Source of the DNA: Octopus bimaculoides
Lineage: Eukaryota
DNA: 37,802 nt
Reading direction: 5' to 3'
Assembly (NCBI RefSeq): GCF_001194135.2
Contig: NC_069007.1
Span: forward strand, 2,367,959-2,405,760
Position numbers and translations under genes: made by a program. Of the stretch, positions 1 through 12,719 are shown piece by piece; the first letter of the stretch is position 1; the number at the start of each line of letters is the position of its first letter. Below the pieces are notes generated by a model. The model saw only the letters and a list, made by a program, of their open reading frames with translations. It searched no databases and was not told the origin of the DNA.

Positions 1-55
<55 letters not shown>

Positions 56-90
56 ACACACATACATATTTATTAATGCACACGCACAAA
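1..90. repeat. (TA)n/(CA)n microsatellite
   Basis: Pure TA run at 1-46 followed by CA-type repeats. Confidence 0.95.
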
Positions 91-199
91 TATGTTTTAT
101 ATTAAGTTTATCTTATGTTTTATCGTGATTTTTAATATCCTATCGTTTTGAATACTTCGAGATCTTTTTTTTTTATTATATTATTGTTGGTGTTATTGT

Positions 200-400
200 T
201 TGTTTAGCCCCAGGTTATTCATTACAGCGCAGAAATATAACCATAGATATTCCAATCAAGGACACTGGTGTCCGTTTGTGCATTTAACAATGACGGCATA
301 TCCTGTATGTCCTCTCTAGTGTGAAGTTTGTAGATCGTTGTAATAGGCGTGTTATCTGGCTGCTATTTCTAGCCTTTCAATTGATCTACTGGAATTCCTT
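200..400 (+). mobile_element. Degraded interspersed repeat ('tttagccccagg...gctatttctagc' type)
   Basis: The gctatttctagc motif recurs at ~3585, ~3835 and ~27545; resembles a common cephalopod repeat; family not assigned. Confidence 0.35.
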
Positions 401-684
401 TGATGGGTTTGCTGTTGAGCGAACCGTTTCACGCTATATTATAGATACTGATTGTATCTTCCTCCACCCATAATAGTTAGGAACTCAGGTTAGGTTGACC
501 TGGAAAACTTCAAACTCCGAACACCTGAAATAACAGGTAAATGACAAAATATTTAATATGATGACCTCCCATCCCTCACCTGCCAAAAACGCTTAACGAT
601 TTTCATTACCTTACTACCTGCTTTAGTTTCTTGAAAAATTGATAACAATAAGCGAACGAAATCAGACCTGTTTATATCTTTTAT

Positions 685-770
685 CTATTATTCTTTACTC
701 GTTTCAGTCACCTGACTGCGGCCATGCTGGATCAGTGGTGGGGGGCCTTCAAGAATTTTTAGTCTTGAGG
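685..770 (-). mobile_element. SINE family A, 3' tail fragment
   Basis: tttcagtcacctgactgcggccatgctgga matches tttcagtcatttgactgcggccatgctgga at ~28884 and the tail fragments at ~22090 and ~33600. Confidence 0.7.
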
Positions 771-1079
771 AAGTGCTAAGTTACGAGAATGTAAAAACTA
801 CACCTGTTTCCACTTTAACCCTCCGCAAAAATCCCAAAGTTTATTTAATTTGCTTTGCGTGAAGGACTGTTTTAACGAAGTCGCGTCTTATGCCAACCTT
901 CGAAACGCAGAGTAGATAAAATAGGGGACAATTGATGAAGGGATTGCTCTTTATGTTTTCTGTCTCGTTCCTCTATTTGTTTCTTCCGTTTTCCGAAAAA
1001 TAGTTCATTTACCATGTTTTTGCTTTTTTATGTTCTCGTTTTTCATTTTGTTCACGTTATTTTTGACGTCCTGTACCCA

Positions 1080-1220
1080 TATATGCATGTATATATACAC
1101 ACACACACAGACACACATATATATATATGTGTGTGTGTGGATATGTACATATATGTATGTATATATGCATATATATATATGTGTGTGTGTGTATGTGTGT
1201 TTGTGTGTGTGTGTATGTAC
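1080..1220. repeat. Compound (TA)/(CA)/(TG) microsatellite
   Basis: Direct reading; source of the spurious HTHT/YIYI/CVCV ORFs at 1005-1289. Confidence 0.95.
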
Positions 1221-1222
1221 AA

Positions 1223-2690
1223 AATTAAGGATAAAATCAATTAATGATCTTATCACTAGCCAGCATGTAAGAGCCATATGAGTAAACATTAATATAATTA
1301 TATTATCATATAAATATAATTATAATTAAGGGAACTGAAAAACAGCACCTACATACGGCAGATGGACGTCAAAAGGCTCTGAACAACCACTTTAAATTTC
1401 ATTCTATAGACACAAGCCTGAAAATGCGCAAATGAATAAAATGAAATTAGTAAAAGTATGAGGTTAATTTTAGATCGTCCGATGTCCGTTTAAGTAATAA
1501 AAAAATTACCTTACCGTTTTCAGTTGAATATATCAAAAGTACATAAATGTAAATATATATACATACTCATACAAATACAATCTTATATGTAGAAGCATAT
1601 ACATATATCTATACTTATATTCGAGGCAAATCTAATTATTTCTTTCAACCACGAACCTTTATGATCAAGAGAGTAACACAGTAAATATTAGGACCGGAGT
1701 GAATAAATAAATATATATGCATACATAATTAAGGGTAAAATCAATTAATGATTTTATCAGTGACCAGCATGTAAAAAAAAAAACCCATAAGGTAAACATT
1801 AATATAAATATATAATTATAATTAAGGGTACTGAAAAAGAATCAGCACCTACACGCTAGAGATAGACGTCAAAAGATTTTATAAAACACTTTAGATTTCA
1901 GTATATTAACACAAGGCTGAAAGCACGCAAATGAATAAAATGAAATTAGTAAAATTATGATGTTAATTCTAGATCGTCCGATTTCTGGTTTAGTAAAAGA
2001 AAAATTACTTTACCGTCATCAGTAGAACATACCAGAAGTACATAATTATAAATATATACATACCCATACAAATACATTAGTATATATACAAATATATACA
2101 TATATCCATACTTATAAACGAAGCAAATCCATTTATTCATTTAATTCCTTAATCAATTATATCTATATAATTATATATTTATATTAATGGTTACCTATAT
2201 GGTTTTTTATGTGCTGGCCACTGATAAGATCGTTAATTGATTTCATCCTTAATTATGTATGCATATATATTTATTTATTCACTCAGGGCCTGATATTTAC
2301 TGTGGTATTATCTTGATCATATACGCGCATGCGTGAGATGAATAAATGGATTTGTCTCATATGTGTAGATATATGTATATATTTGTGTATTTACAAATGT
2401 ATTTGTATGTGTATGTAAGTATGTACTTCTGGTGTGTTATACAGAAGAGGGTAAAGTAATTTTGTATTACAAAACCAGAAATCGGGCGATTTAGAATTAA
2501 CATCATAATTTTACCAATTCCATTTTATTCATTTGCCCACCTTCAGCCTTGTGTTAATTGAGGGTTAATATATGTTAATTTAAAGCGGTTTGTAGAGCCT
2601 TTTGACGCGTATCTCTAGCGTGTAGATGCTGTTTCGCAGTTGCCGTTAATTATAATTATATCTATATAATTATATTTTTATATATAACGC
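1223..2690. repeat. ~504-bp tandem (satellite-like) repeat with an inverted third copy
   Basis: Unit start aattaagg(a/g)taaaatcaattaatgat at 1223 and 1727 (period 504). Copy 2 runs to ~2145; 2150-2690 is the reverse complement of a circularly permuted unit. Confidence 0.9.
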
Positions 2691-2714
2691 ACAAGCACAC
2701 ACACGCACACACAC

Positions 2715-2768
2715 ACGCGCGACGGGCTTCTTTCAGTAACCTTCTACCAAATCCACTCACAAAGCTTA
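2715..2768 (-). mobile_element. SINE family A internal fragment
   Basis: cgacgggcttctttcagt...ctaccaaatccactcacaaagc is the reverse complement of the family A segment at ~6535-6580. Confidence 0.75.
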
Positions 2769-3564
2769 GATAGGTAGGTAGATACTGACAAACAGATAGA
2801 TAGATAGATTAATCGATTGATTGATATATACACACATACCCTTACATAGACACACACCTACACACAGAAAAAGCTGGGAGAGAAAGTAACAGACCAAGAT
2901 TATTCATGAATTCAAAACATTAATATTTATAGATTAACTAAATGCTAAAAATAAAATAATAGATATGTTTACAAGATATTTTTTCTGTTGTAATTATCTG
3001 AAATTTAATTAAAGTGTATAAAGCAGACGATGTGAATACACAACGGAAATTATAATGTAAGTGTTTAAAATACACCTGGCAGAAGCGAACAAACACGGAA
3101 GTCCATCGGACTATGAAATATTGTTCGACTATCAAACATAGAGTGTAACTATAAGAATATAATATACCTAAAAATAAATGTATTTCACGGAACAAGTAGT
3201 GCAAGATATGAATTCAGAGTAACGTGTGGTTGTCACAGAAAGCTCTTCGTACAGACTCGGCTAAAAGTTCACTTAATAATCCGGTATAGAGAAGTGTAAT
3301 GTAGAGCGTCATGCAAGTGCAATCCAGAACATTTAATCAATAAAGTAATTTCGAAATGAGCATATAAAGTATAAATGTCAGAAGAGTTCGGAGCTGAATA
3401 TATGTTTGTCTAACCTCACGAAACCCTTAGTACAACCGCCGTTTCACAACGTTTTATCATTAATTCCAGTTTGGAAGAGAGTTTAATCCTAACCAAGAGG
3501 TTCTGCTTTTATGATGGACTAGCTTTGTTTATTTGCATTGATGTGTTTTATTGACATTGAAAGT

Positions 3565-3965
3565 ATGAATTAAAGAAGAATTTGCTGCTATTTCAAGCAT
3601 ACTAAAAGGTTTCTACAGTGCATTCCGCTCGATATTTTTCGATTATTAAATGTTGAATAAAGATTTTACCTAAATCTTGAGGAAAATTTAATTTTCCGTT
3701 TCTTTGATCGGGGGACTCCCTTTCAAAAGCATTCCAGTAATAACCGCTCTTTGTTCTCTAGGATAAGCAAGAAGCTATAACCTAAAGCCTCTCTTTTAAG
3801 ACGCCAATGCATGATAAAAAGAAGAATTAGCTAGTATTTCTAGTACGCTATGAAACTACCAATAGTCCTTCCCACTCGATTCTTGCGTTTCTTAAATGTT
3901 GAATAGAGATATTACTTAAATCTTGTAAGAGAGAATTTAATTTACAGTTTCTTTGTCGGTTCCCC
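3565..3965 (+). repeat. Diverged ~245-bp tandem duplication
   Basis: aagaagaatt...ttaaatgttgaata...aaatcttg...aatttaattt...gtttctttg occurs at ~3570-3710 and again at ~3820-3955. Confidence 0.7.
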
Positions 3966-4784
3966 AACCCCCACGAGCTCAGTATTATCAACGCGGGAAA
4001 TTGATGAAGTGAGAATGAAAAAGAGATTTCAGAAATAGGATAATAAAAGCGAACTATAGTATATATACTCCTAGTTCTTTGTTAGAAACTATTTCGAAAA
4101 TATTGGAATTCGATTAGAAATTCTTATCGCTGGTTACAGCTTGTAATTATAGAAAAGGAAACTAATTTTTGCATTATTTAATAACAAAAACGAATAGATT
4201 AATGGAAACTTTAAAAGAACTAGAGACGGAGGAAAAAAAAACACCAGGGTATTTAATTATAATCCTAGTTTTAATCCTAATTCTGTATATAATATATTTG
4301 TTCTCTTCGTTTCTCCAGAAACGAAATTCGAATGAGTGAAATAATACGTATCTAAATAAATAAGAAAAAAGAAACATGAAAGAAATTAAAGATAGCGACA
4401 GAGATTTCTTACAGAGTAAAAGCGAAATGTTATTACTTCTAAGTAGTTGGATGTTCTGTTGCCGCAGTCGTCTTTTCACTATTTGTAATGTCTTTTACAG
4501 AGTACGTCAAAAGAATCAAAGAAGAAAGCGTTTAAATTCGACGGAATTTAACAATATTAGAAATAATATATTGTATTAAACTAGATTACCCTAGGTAGCA
4601 AGCTTGTAGAATCGTTAGAACGTCACACAAAATCCTTAGCGTGCTACGTGAACCACGGCGGAATTTCGACTTAAATCACGAAACGCCGAACGCTGAGCTA
4701 GGAAACGATCGTGTTCGATGAGCTGCAGATCCTGCCAGGGAGGTTTCCTTGAAAATAATAATCATTGATTCAAATTTGGGCCCA

Positions 4785-5390
4785 AGACCTGCAGTTTCAA
4801 GGAACAAGGGTAAGTCATTTATTTCAACTCCACTATCTGACCGGTACTGTATTTTATCGACTCCGAAATGATGAAAAGCAAACTTAAGTTCGGTGGTAAT
4901 TGAACTCATATATAAACAACTGGAAGAAATGTTGCTAAGCGTTTTGTTCGACGCGCTAAATATTCTGCCCGAATGCGAGCTTATAAAAATGGTTTTCTGA
5001 TTTAATCATTCAGCAAAGAATTTTGAGTAATAGGCTAGTACTTTATTTTATCGACCCCTGAGTAGGGAGTGAAAGCTAAGTTGACATGCTGTGGTAATCG
5101 AGTTAGAATGTAAGGACCTCGAAGAAATACCGCAAGGTACTTTCTTCCGACCCTCTGAAGAATCTGCGGACGCAGCATCCTTTTAATGACTTCTGGTTTA
5201 GGTACGAACCAAGCAGTTCTGAGAAGAGGGACTTGATCGATGTCAGGGACCCCATTACTTGAGTGCTATTTAATTTTCCCGGCCCTACAGAGATGAAAAT
5301 AAAAGTGAACCATGGCGGGCTTCGAATTCAGAACACAAAGATTTGGAATCAATGCTGCAAGGCATTTTATCCGATTTTCTCACAATCTTT
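4785..5390 (-). mobile_element. Cluster of three degraded SINE family B copies
   Basis: Variants of ttatcgaccccgaaaggatgaaaggcaaagtcgacctcggcggaatttgaactc at ~4850, ~5050 and ~5270. Confidence 0.7.
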
Positions 5391-6430
5391 TCAATCCAAT
5401 AATCAAATTTATTTTCAGCCGGAGAAAAAGTATTAGAATCACGAGTTTTATATTTTTTCATCGCTTCTCCTATAAAATATTATGTCAGTTTTCTTATATA
5501 AAACTTACGTAATGTTTAGAATAAAATGTAAAGAAAGTAATTTGGTTAGGAGATTAAAGCTTGCTCTTATCTGCACTTCACATCAGTTTCAATCTATTCA
5601 TTCACATTTGGAATTTTCACTGAAGAAATCCACTTTTACTTGTGGAGGTCTGAACAAGTTTGAAGTAATCCGGTGTCCTTTTCAAGATATATTGCAATTA
5701 ATTTCACGTTGGCATAACGTACCATCATTATTACAGCATTCATAATTAATGATACTGCAACACGACTCTTTGTAGGTAAACTATATCTAACGTCTACAGG
5801 TGTAAAAGACAGAATTGTTTTGAGATAAGCAATCACAGGAATTATATATAAAGGATCGTCAGAACGGACAAATGTGCTGAAATACAGAGAGATTTATACT
5901 TATATAGCATGAAATTAATGTCCTAGGAGCGTATACACGCATGCAATCAGAGATAATATAATATTTAAGATCCCATCCTTCCCATCAAGAGTAAGAACCC
6001 AGTACTATAATGGCTTAAGTTTCAATTATCCAGCAAAATATCGATATTTAATATTCTCATCAGTTTCCGTGGAAATTCGCTTCGTCTGACCTTGAAGTGT
6101 ACGGCGTTCGTTTTTAACACTCTTTGTCTTTAAGTGGACCATGCCTAGACAAAATACCGCAACCCAAAAGCGCTTACCAAGACAGGTATATTAAAGAACG
6201 TGACGTCAGTGGATAGGTTTAATGCTCTTTGTGTATACTGTACTTCAGCGAGTCGAATTCGTGTCGAGGCGATTACAGCACAAAACAGAGATGAGATATT
6301 TCAACAGCGAAAATCAACTATCGTCCTCGTTCAACACTGCGTCAATTGATTTGCCTGATTTTGAAGTATATATTGTCTTTAGCACATTCGATCTTTAATG
6401 GGACTAACCCTGTAGAAAATGCTGCAACCA

Positions 6431-6790
6431 GGTGCAGTAGTGACTGTGTGGTAAGAAGATTGCTTCCTAACCACATGGTTCCGGGTTCAGTCCCACTGCA
6501 AGTGTCTTCTACTATGGCCTCGGGCCAACCAGAGCCTTGTGAGTGGATTTGGTAGACGAAAACTGAAAGAAGCCCGTCGTGTATGTATGTGTGTATATGT
6601 ATGTGTATATGTATGTGTGTGTTTCTTATTTGTGTCTATATTTGTCCCCCAGCAATCGCTTGACAACCGATGTGGTGTGTTTACATCCTCGTCACGTAGC
6701 GATTCGGCACAATGGACTGATAGAATAAATATTAGGCTTACATCCTCTCGATAAATTAAGTATCAGTTACGTACTAGTGTCGATTAAATC
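6431..6790 (+). mobile_element. tRNA-derived SINE family A, near full length (CORE-SINE-like)
   Basis: A-box-like tgtgtggtaag, B-box-like gggttcagtccc, body gtagacgaaaactgaaagaagcccgtcg, internal microsatellite and 3' body; further copies at 17044, 17905, 21738, 24511 and 28125. Confidence 0.85.
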
Positions 6791-6839
6791 TACTGGCCTC
6801 CTGCCCACAAATTTTGGGCCTTGTGCTTAAAGTAGAAAA

Positions 6840-7344
6840 AGATACACACACACACACACACACACACATACAAAATTGGATGGATATATAGAAAGGCAGA
6901 CAGACAAACAGACAGATAGATAGATCGATACATAGATACACACATAGATTGATAGATAGACAGAGAGATACTTAACGATAGAGATAGGTACATAAAGAGA
7001 GAGAGTGAGAGAGAGAGAAACAACTGGAAGGGCAGACAGACAGACAAATAGATACATAGATACAGAGAGAGATGGGGATAAAGGATATAATTATACTTAC
7101 ATGTGTAAATATTAACCCATAAATATAACAAATGTGTTATACAGATGCAAGCCTATATTGAACGTATTTGTAGCAAATTTTCATATTCATGTCCTTCCAT
7201 GAATGTATCGTTCTCTCGTATATGCACACTTTAACTAACTACATTCAGACACATGTACATACGTACCACACAGATACACACACACACACACCATAGAAAG
7301 AAATATATATACAAAGACACACATACACAAAATTGTGCATACAT

Positions 7345-7391
<47 letters not shown>

Positions 7392-7410
7392 TATATACAT
7401 ATACATATAC

Positions 7411-7446
<36 letters not shown>

Positions 7447-7589
7447 ATGTGTGTGTGTATATGGGTGTGTATGTACAAATCAAGAATCAATCAATATACT
7501 TACACACACACACACACGTATATGTACTCAAACCCTCACCTGTGTGTATGGGCACGCGTGGCTGTGTGTATGTATACACACACACACAC

Positions 7590-7630
<41 letters not shown>

Positions 7631-7660
7631 CATGCGTGTATATGTATGTATTTAATGTAT
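6840..7660. repeat. Compound (CA)/(GATA/GACA)/(TA)/(TG) microsatellite block
   Basis: Direct reading; produces the low-complexity ORFs at 6790-7783. Confidence 0.95.
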
Positions 7661-8759
7661 AATTATATATTCATGTTATCGCACAGACAGAGACCCAGGT
7701 TCGTATGCTTACATACTCACATATATGACTACGTTGAGGTTGATACACATACGTATATCCACAACGGTATCGCAGCGATATAATAATATTGTGAGTTGAA
7801 TATATTTTCCTGCATTGAATATATTAATGTGACTCAGAACTTGCTTACCTTAAACCTTACATCAACAAAACACAACTCACCAATTATGTATTCTCTCTTA
7901 TATACTTTGCTTATTTTCTCGCATATTTTTCTTGTTTTCTTGTTTTTTTCTTGTCAGCCACAAAATATCGCGTTTCCCTCATAAACCATAAATTCAAAGC
8001 TTTGATCAAACGTTACTGCCCTCTCTTTCATTTTCTTTTATTTCCATATATGTTTTTATATTTTGCACACGCCGTAAAGTTTATTGCTTAAAGAATAAGA
8101 GGCCATTATCGCTATACTTACCTCACAATGACAGAATAAATTTTGATATCTTTTGTTTTTCTTAATCACGTCATATCCATTCACAATTACCCTTCATCTT
8201 TCATGTATAGGTTTGTGTGATTTTTATATCTTATTTATTCATATATTTATTTTCTTTGCAAAGCGAGATAGCGGTGAGCAGTGGATAGTATTACCGTCTG
8301 TAAGAGATTTTACCGAAGCAGTTTATAAATTTTCCCTATCATAGTGAGTCATAAATTATGGCGAGACAAAATGAGATGTCAACCATTTTAGCTCTTCGGC
8401 TCCGTGGATCTTGAATACATATCGGGTTATTGAACTATTGCCTATAGACGTTTTCATTACCTGTAATTGTTTTGCAGTTAAATCGTTATAAGTAGAACTA
8501 TTCTAATTTGTTTAATGGATATCAAGTCGTAAATCTTAGAGACCTACTAATATTGCTTCGATTGATCGAGTTCATTGCTATTCTTCTGATTATGTAATAG
8601 ATTCCCATATTGGGCAAAAAACATCGTCGGTATTGAACTGACAGAATTGGATTACAGAGGAAGTATTGAAAACCATATCTCGAGCAATTTACGGCAATTT
8701 CCTTGAGTTTGTAAACAAGAATAGAATAATATAATTTCTGATATAGTGAGTGGTTGTCC

Positions 8760-9020
8760 TGTACAGAACCTAGCTGCCAAGTAGACAAAAGATGCTGCCA
8801 GGAATTTGTCTATTACAACTGGCGCACGAGCGGTGATGAGAAGCGGAGAAAGAAAGAACATCGAGGATGGTAGAAACATCTGGGCCAGGGTCATGTAATT
8901 TGACTCAACCAATCTCGTGATGTTGTATGAGAGTTTTGTTGCCTACATCAGTGAGTGGACAGAGCAGGTCTGATATTACGGTGGAAGAGGCCGAAATACC
9001 TACAGAACTGCTTCACTGCC
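8760..9020 (+). pseudogene. Highly decayed Tc1-type transposase fragment
   Basis: Collinear frameshifted peptides LAAK*TKDAARNLSITT, KEHRGW, WARVM, ES/FCCLHQ and WKRPKYLQNC parallel the Tc1 HTH end, the W..V...DES.F first catalytic motif and the WRRPGERY..C motif. Confidence 0.4.
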
Positions 9021-9599
9021 TGATGACGCATCGATTCCTACATTTCGAAATAGAATGTAGCAACAGCCGCAGTACCCAAGTATTTACTCTAAAGAAATAT
9101 TAATTCCTAATATTGACATTTAAGTGGTTGGATATAGACGAATAATTCGCCTGAAGTACATGGTTATTAGTGAACCTATGAATACAGAAGTGATAAAATA
9201 AACGTATTTTGAGCAATGTCTCCCGAGGCATGATTTCACCTAAGACGTTAATGAACTCGGCTGTTTCGCATTTTGTCCGGTGGGCAGCCAGTCAACTAAT
9301 TAGGTGTAAAACAGTAGATGATTCACGTTAAAGTAATTGAGATTTCAAGGTGGATTACATGTGAAATGAAAAATACTTTTAGTATATGATTCAAAATGTA
9401 GCTTTCTTTATGTTCAGGTTTTGCAGCTTACTTTAAGTTGACAGCCACAATCTTATTTCAGCATTTCTAGAATAGTTTTTAATCAAAGATTATTGTGAAA
9501 AGATTAGATTTAACTCTGAAGCGATTAGATGTCACACACAGCGTCAAAACGTCTTTCACTAAATGATTATAAACCACACGTTGTGTTGATCTCTTTAAC

Positions 9600-9800
9600 A
9601 GTGGCGAAGGCACGTGACCTAACGAGCAGGACATTGCACTCACAGTCATTGCAACATCATGGATTCGATTCTCGGACCAGGCAGTGTGGTTTTTTCGTGA
9701 ATAAAACAGTTCATTTCACGTTGCTGCACCGTCCACTCACCTGCAAAGGTGTAATCCTACGATGAAATGGTATCCTACGAAAGGTGAATGATGTTGTAGT
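9600..9800 (+). mobile_element. tRNA-derived SINE family C, 3'-truncated
   Basis: Head ggcgaaggcacgtgacctaacg...ggattcgattctcgg (A/B-box-like), body tttcacgttgctgcaccgtccactcacctg. Confidence 0.7.
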
Positions 9801-9894
9801 CTCGGTCATGAAAATCGTGTAATCCACCCGATGAGTCTTAGGATGATTCGAGATAGTAATACTCGCGTTACTTACTTCTTGCTTTGGCTGGTCC

Positions 9895-10110
9895 GGATTG
9901 CTGCCCAAGGAGCATAAGACCGGTTTCCCGGTTTTTCTGATGTATATATACTCATCCCTGGAGGGACACCGATCTGGCACAGGATTAGACCGTTTTTACT
10001 AGCTGACTGAACTGCAGCAACGTGTAATGAAGAGTTTTGCTCACAAATAAAATGCACCGCCCAGTTCAGGAATCGAAACCACAATCTTACTTTCTGCTTT
10101 AACGATACTT
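9895..10110 (-). mobile_element. tRNA-derived SINE family C
   Basis: Reverse complement reads ggtttcgattcctgaac...cacgttgctgcagttcagtcagct...ccctccagggatgagtatatatacatcagaaaaaccgggaaaccgg; homologous to 9600-9800 and 17765-17870. Confidence 0.7.
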
Positions 10111-11089
10111 TATTGCAGGAAAAATGCATATGTATTTCAGGTAGTAAACTTATTACCTGCAGCTTGGGTGAATTCAGTGGAATTTAATTTCTTGCAACGT
10201 GATAAGAATTCATAATTCGAGATTATGAAAAGCTAAGTCCAGAAGAGAAAGATATTGCTCTGAGAACGTTTGTTGAATCTTTCCTGAATCTTTCCTTTAT
10301 ATTTTGTCAAACGCAGAATGAAGACCAAAAATCAACAAAATGACATGCACTTCTGTTCTTACCATGTTCCGCAACATTCGAGGAATTACTATCAGCATGC
10401 AACAGAAAAAAATTCGTTTGCTGTATTTATAAGCAAGATCTACAATTTCTTGCTACATTCATTATACCAGGCTTCTCAAAACTCCCCTTATGCTATACTG
10501 AATGGGGTAGATTACGGACATACATTCATATGCAAGGACAATTTGCTCTAGAATGACGAGCGATAAACACATTCGCGTTCGAATCTACATGAATTTATTC
10601 ATAATAAATTTGAAAAACCTTGTTGTATTTTATATATTTCCATATTTGAAATTAAAAATAGGGGGGAATAGCACGTCTGTATTTCGAATATTTTCCAATA
10701 AAAAACATTAAAACGAAACTGGATGACGACATAATTTCCCGAAAAGAAAATAATTTTGGTGGTATTTTCAAAATTTAGAACTCAAGGCTAAGAAAATGCA
10801 ATCAAAACTTTAACGTGTTGTTGAAACCGCATTGTAATTTTCGTTTATCGGTATTTAACACCCGTAACCTACAGCCGCTCCCTACATGCCTCTCTAAGCA
10901 ACTTGCAACAATTTGCCCTTTCATATTATATTTCCAACGTCTATTGCACAATACTTCAATAATGCATGTCGATAATTTGTAATTCTTCCCAAAGTTCCTC
11001 GATCAAATTCATCATTAGTTTAGGTAGAGTAAACACGTATGGTATTGATTAACTATCGCTTGCAGTTTACATTATCTTAACGGAGTTGT

Positions 11090-11306
11090 ACAGTTGTATA
11101 TGCACACATAAAGACACACATGCCTACATACATACATATATGTGTGTGTGTGTGTATACATAAAATTTAGTATATATGCAAATATATATATACACAGATT
11201 TACAAACACACACGCACACATATACATGTGTGTATGTATATATAAATATGTACACGAAAAAATACATATACATATATGTACACACATGTATATATGCATG
11301 TAAGTT

Positions 11307-11398
<92 letters not shown>

Positions 11399-11545
11399 TA
11401 TCATATATGTGTGAGTGTGCGTATGTATATCTCTCTATATATATGAAGGTGTAAATGTACATATTTACATATATGTATATATATACATATACATGTGTAT
11501 GTATTAGTTTGTGTGTGTGTGTGTGTGTGTATGTGTGTGTGCTGT
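11090..11545. repeat. Compound (TA)/(TG)/(CA) microsatellite
   Basis: Includes a pure TA run at ~11310-11395. Confidence 0.95.
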
Positions 11546-11729
11546 GTCTGCTGTGTGAGGAAGTGAGAGTGGCCCTTCACTGATTGCTGATTGGTAATTG
11601 ATTTCAAGGTGTCGCGGATTCGGTACAGGTAGTAAGTTCACAGATGTAGATTTTCCGCACCACTGCTTCATTATTCAAAGACCATAAAGTAAATAGTTTC
11701 TCTATGTGGATGGATGCTGACCCTAAACT

Positions 11730-11890
11730 ACATCATCATCATCATCTTCATCATTATTATTGTTGCTGTCTTTCCTGTGGTTGGTTTTGTTATTATTGCA
11801 ATCATTATTATTATTATAATTATTATCATTATTATTATCATCAATATTATTATTATTAATGATATTGATAATTGTAATGTTATCATTGTT
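11730..11890. repeat. (ATC)/(ATT) trinucleotide microsatellite
   Basis: catcatcatc...attattatt; gives the poly-I/poly-N pseudo-ORFs. Confidence 0.9.
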
Positions 11891-11944
11891 GTTTGTGTGA
11901 GAGTAATGTTGAGATAGAACTAATGGCAAGGCGAAGTAGATGGC

Positions 11945-12270
11945 TTTTCATAATTTAATTATACTCTCAAGGGGTCGATTATTTTTATGTTTCATCGTTC
12001 ACGGGATAAAGGAAGATAAAACGAGTACCAGTTACATATAAGGGGCAATATAATTGATTACAGCTATCAATTGAATCTAAGGCTATCAGTATACGATACA
12101 AATGAATATTATATTCTCATACAGCGTTCGGTGCCGGAGTGAAGGAATCAAAAGAGCAACGTGGTAAAATATTTAGTAGATTACACTTTTGTCTCTAATC
12201 ATTCCGAGTTCAAATCATACCGATGTTAGATCAGTATGTCTTCGTTTTGTACTTGATATATCAAAATTAA
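11945..12270 (+). mobile_element. Two old SINE family B remnants
   Basis: gataaaacgagtaccagtt and ccgagttcaaatcataccgatgttaga are diverged versions of the family B body and B box. Confidence 0.45.
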
Positions 12271-12292
12271 CAGCCAATCACTCATTCATGTA

Positions 12293-12323
<31 letters not shown>

Positions 12324-12343
12324 CTACCTCCCTATATATATAA

Positions 12344-12385
<42 letters not shown>

Positions 12386-12647
12386 NNNNNNNNNNNNNNN
12401 NNNNNNNNNNNNNNNNNNNNNNNNNNNNNNNNNNNNNNNNNNNNNNNNNNNNNNNNNNNNNNNNNNNNNNNNNNNNNNNNNNNNNNNNNNNNNNNNNNNN
12501 NNNNNNNNNNNNNNNNNNNNNNNNNNNNNNNNNNNNNNNNNNNNNNNNNNNNNNNNNNNNNNNNNNNNNNNNNNNNNNNNNNNNNNNNNNNNNNNNNNNN
12601 NNNNNNNNNNNNNNNNNNNNNNNNNNNNNNNNNNNNNNNNNNNNNNN
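12386..12647. other. Assembly gap
   Basis: N run. Other gaps are at 15972-16490, 18528-18627, 23020-23029, 30424-30433, 31650-31692 and 32503-32873. Confidence 1.
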
Positions 12648-12719
12648 CCAAAGGGAGACATTACAACTTTTAAGGATATGTCAAAGGGATGTATAAAAAG
12701 AAATTTGAGATATATATAT

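Noticed and set aside
1005-1289. ORFs rich in YI/HT/CV dipeptides, here and throughout the ORF track
   Set aside because: They are translations of dinucleotide microsatellites, which lack stops in several frames.
4676-4909. 77-aa protein-looking ORF (MSSITTELKFAF...)
   Set aside because: It largely overlaps a degraded family B SINE.
6020-6065. CUGAUGA...GAAAC on the minus strand as a hammerhead
   Set aside because: Stem II is weak, the U of the NUH triplet is absent and stem I cannot pair.
6431-6500. tRNA genes
   Set aside because: The A/B-box-like heads run into SINE bodies and form no cloverleaf.
8115-8200. Perfect minus-strand donor GAG|GTAAGT at ~8121 (similar donors at ~30116 and ~30132)
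   Set aside because: No polypyrimidine acceptor upstream; such motifs are expected by chance in 38 kb.
9020-9060. CUGAUGA...GAAA on the plus strand as a hammerhead
   Set aside because: No stem II between the boxes and no stem III or cleavage triplet.
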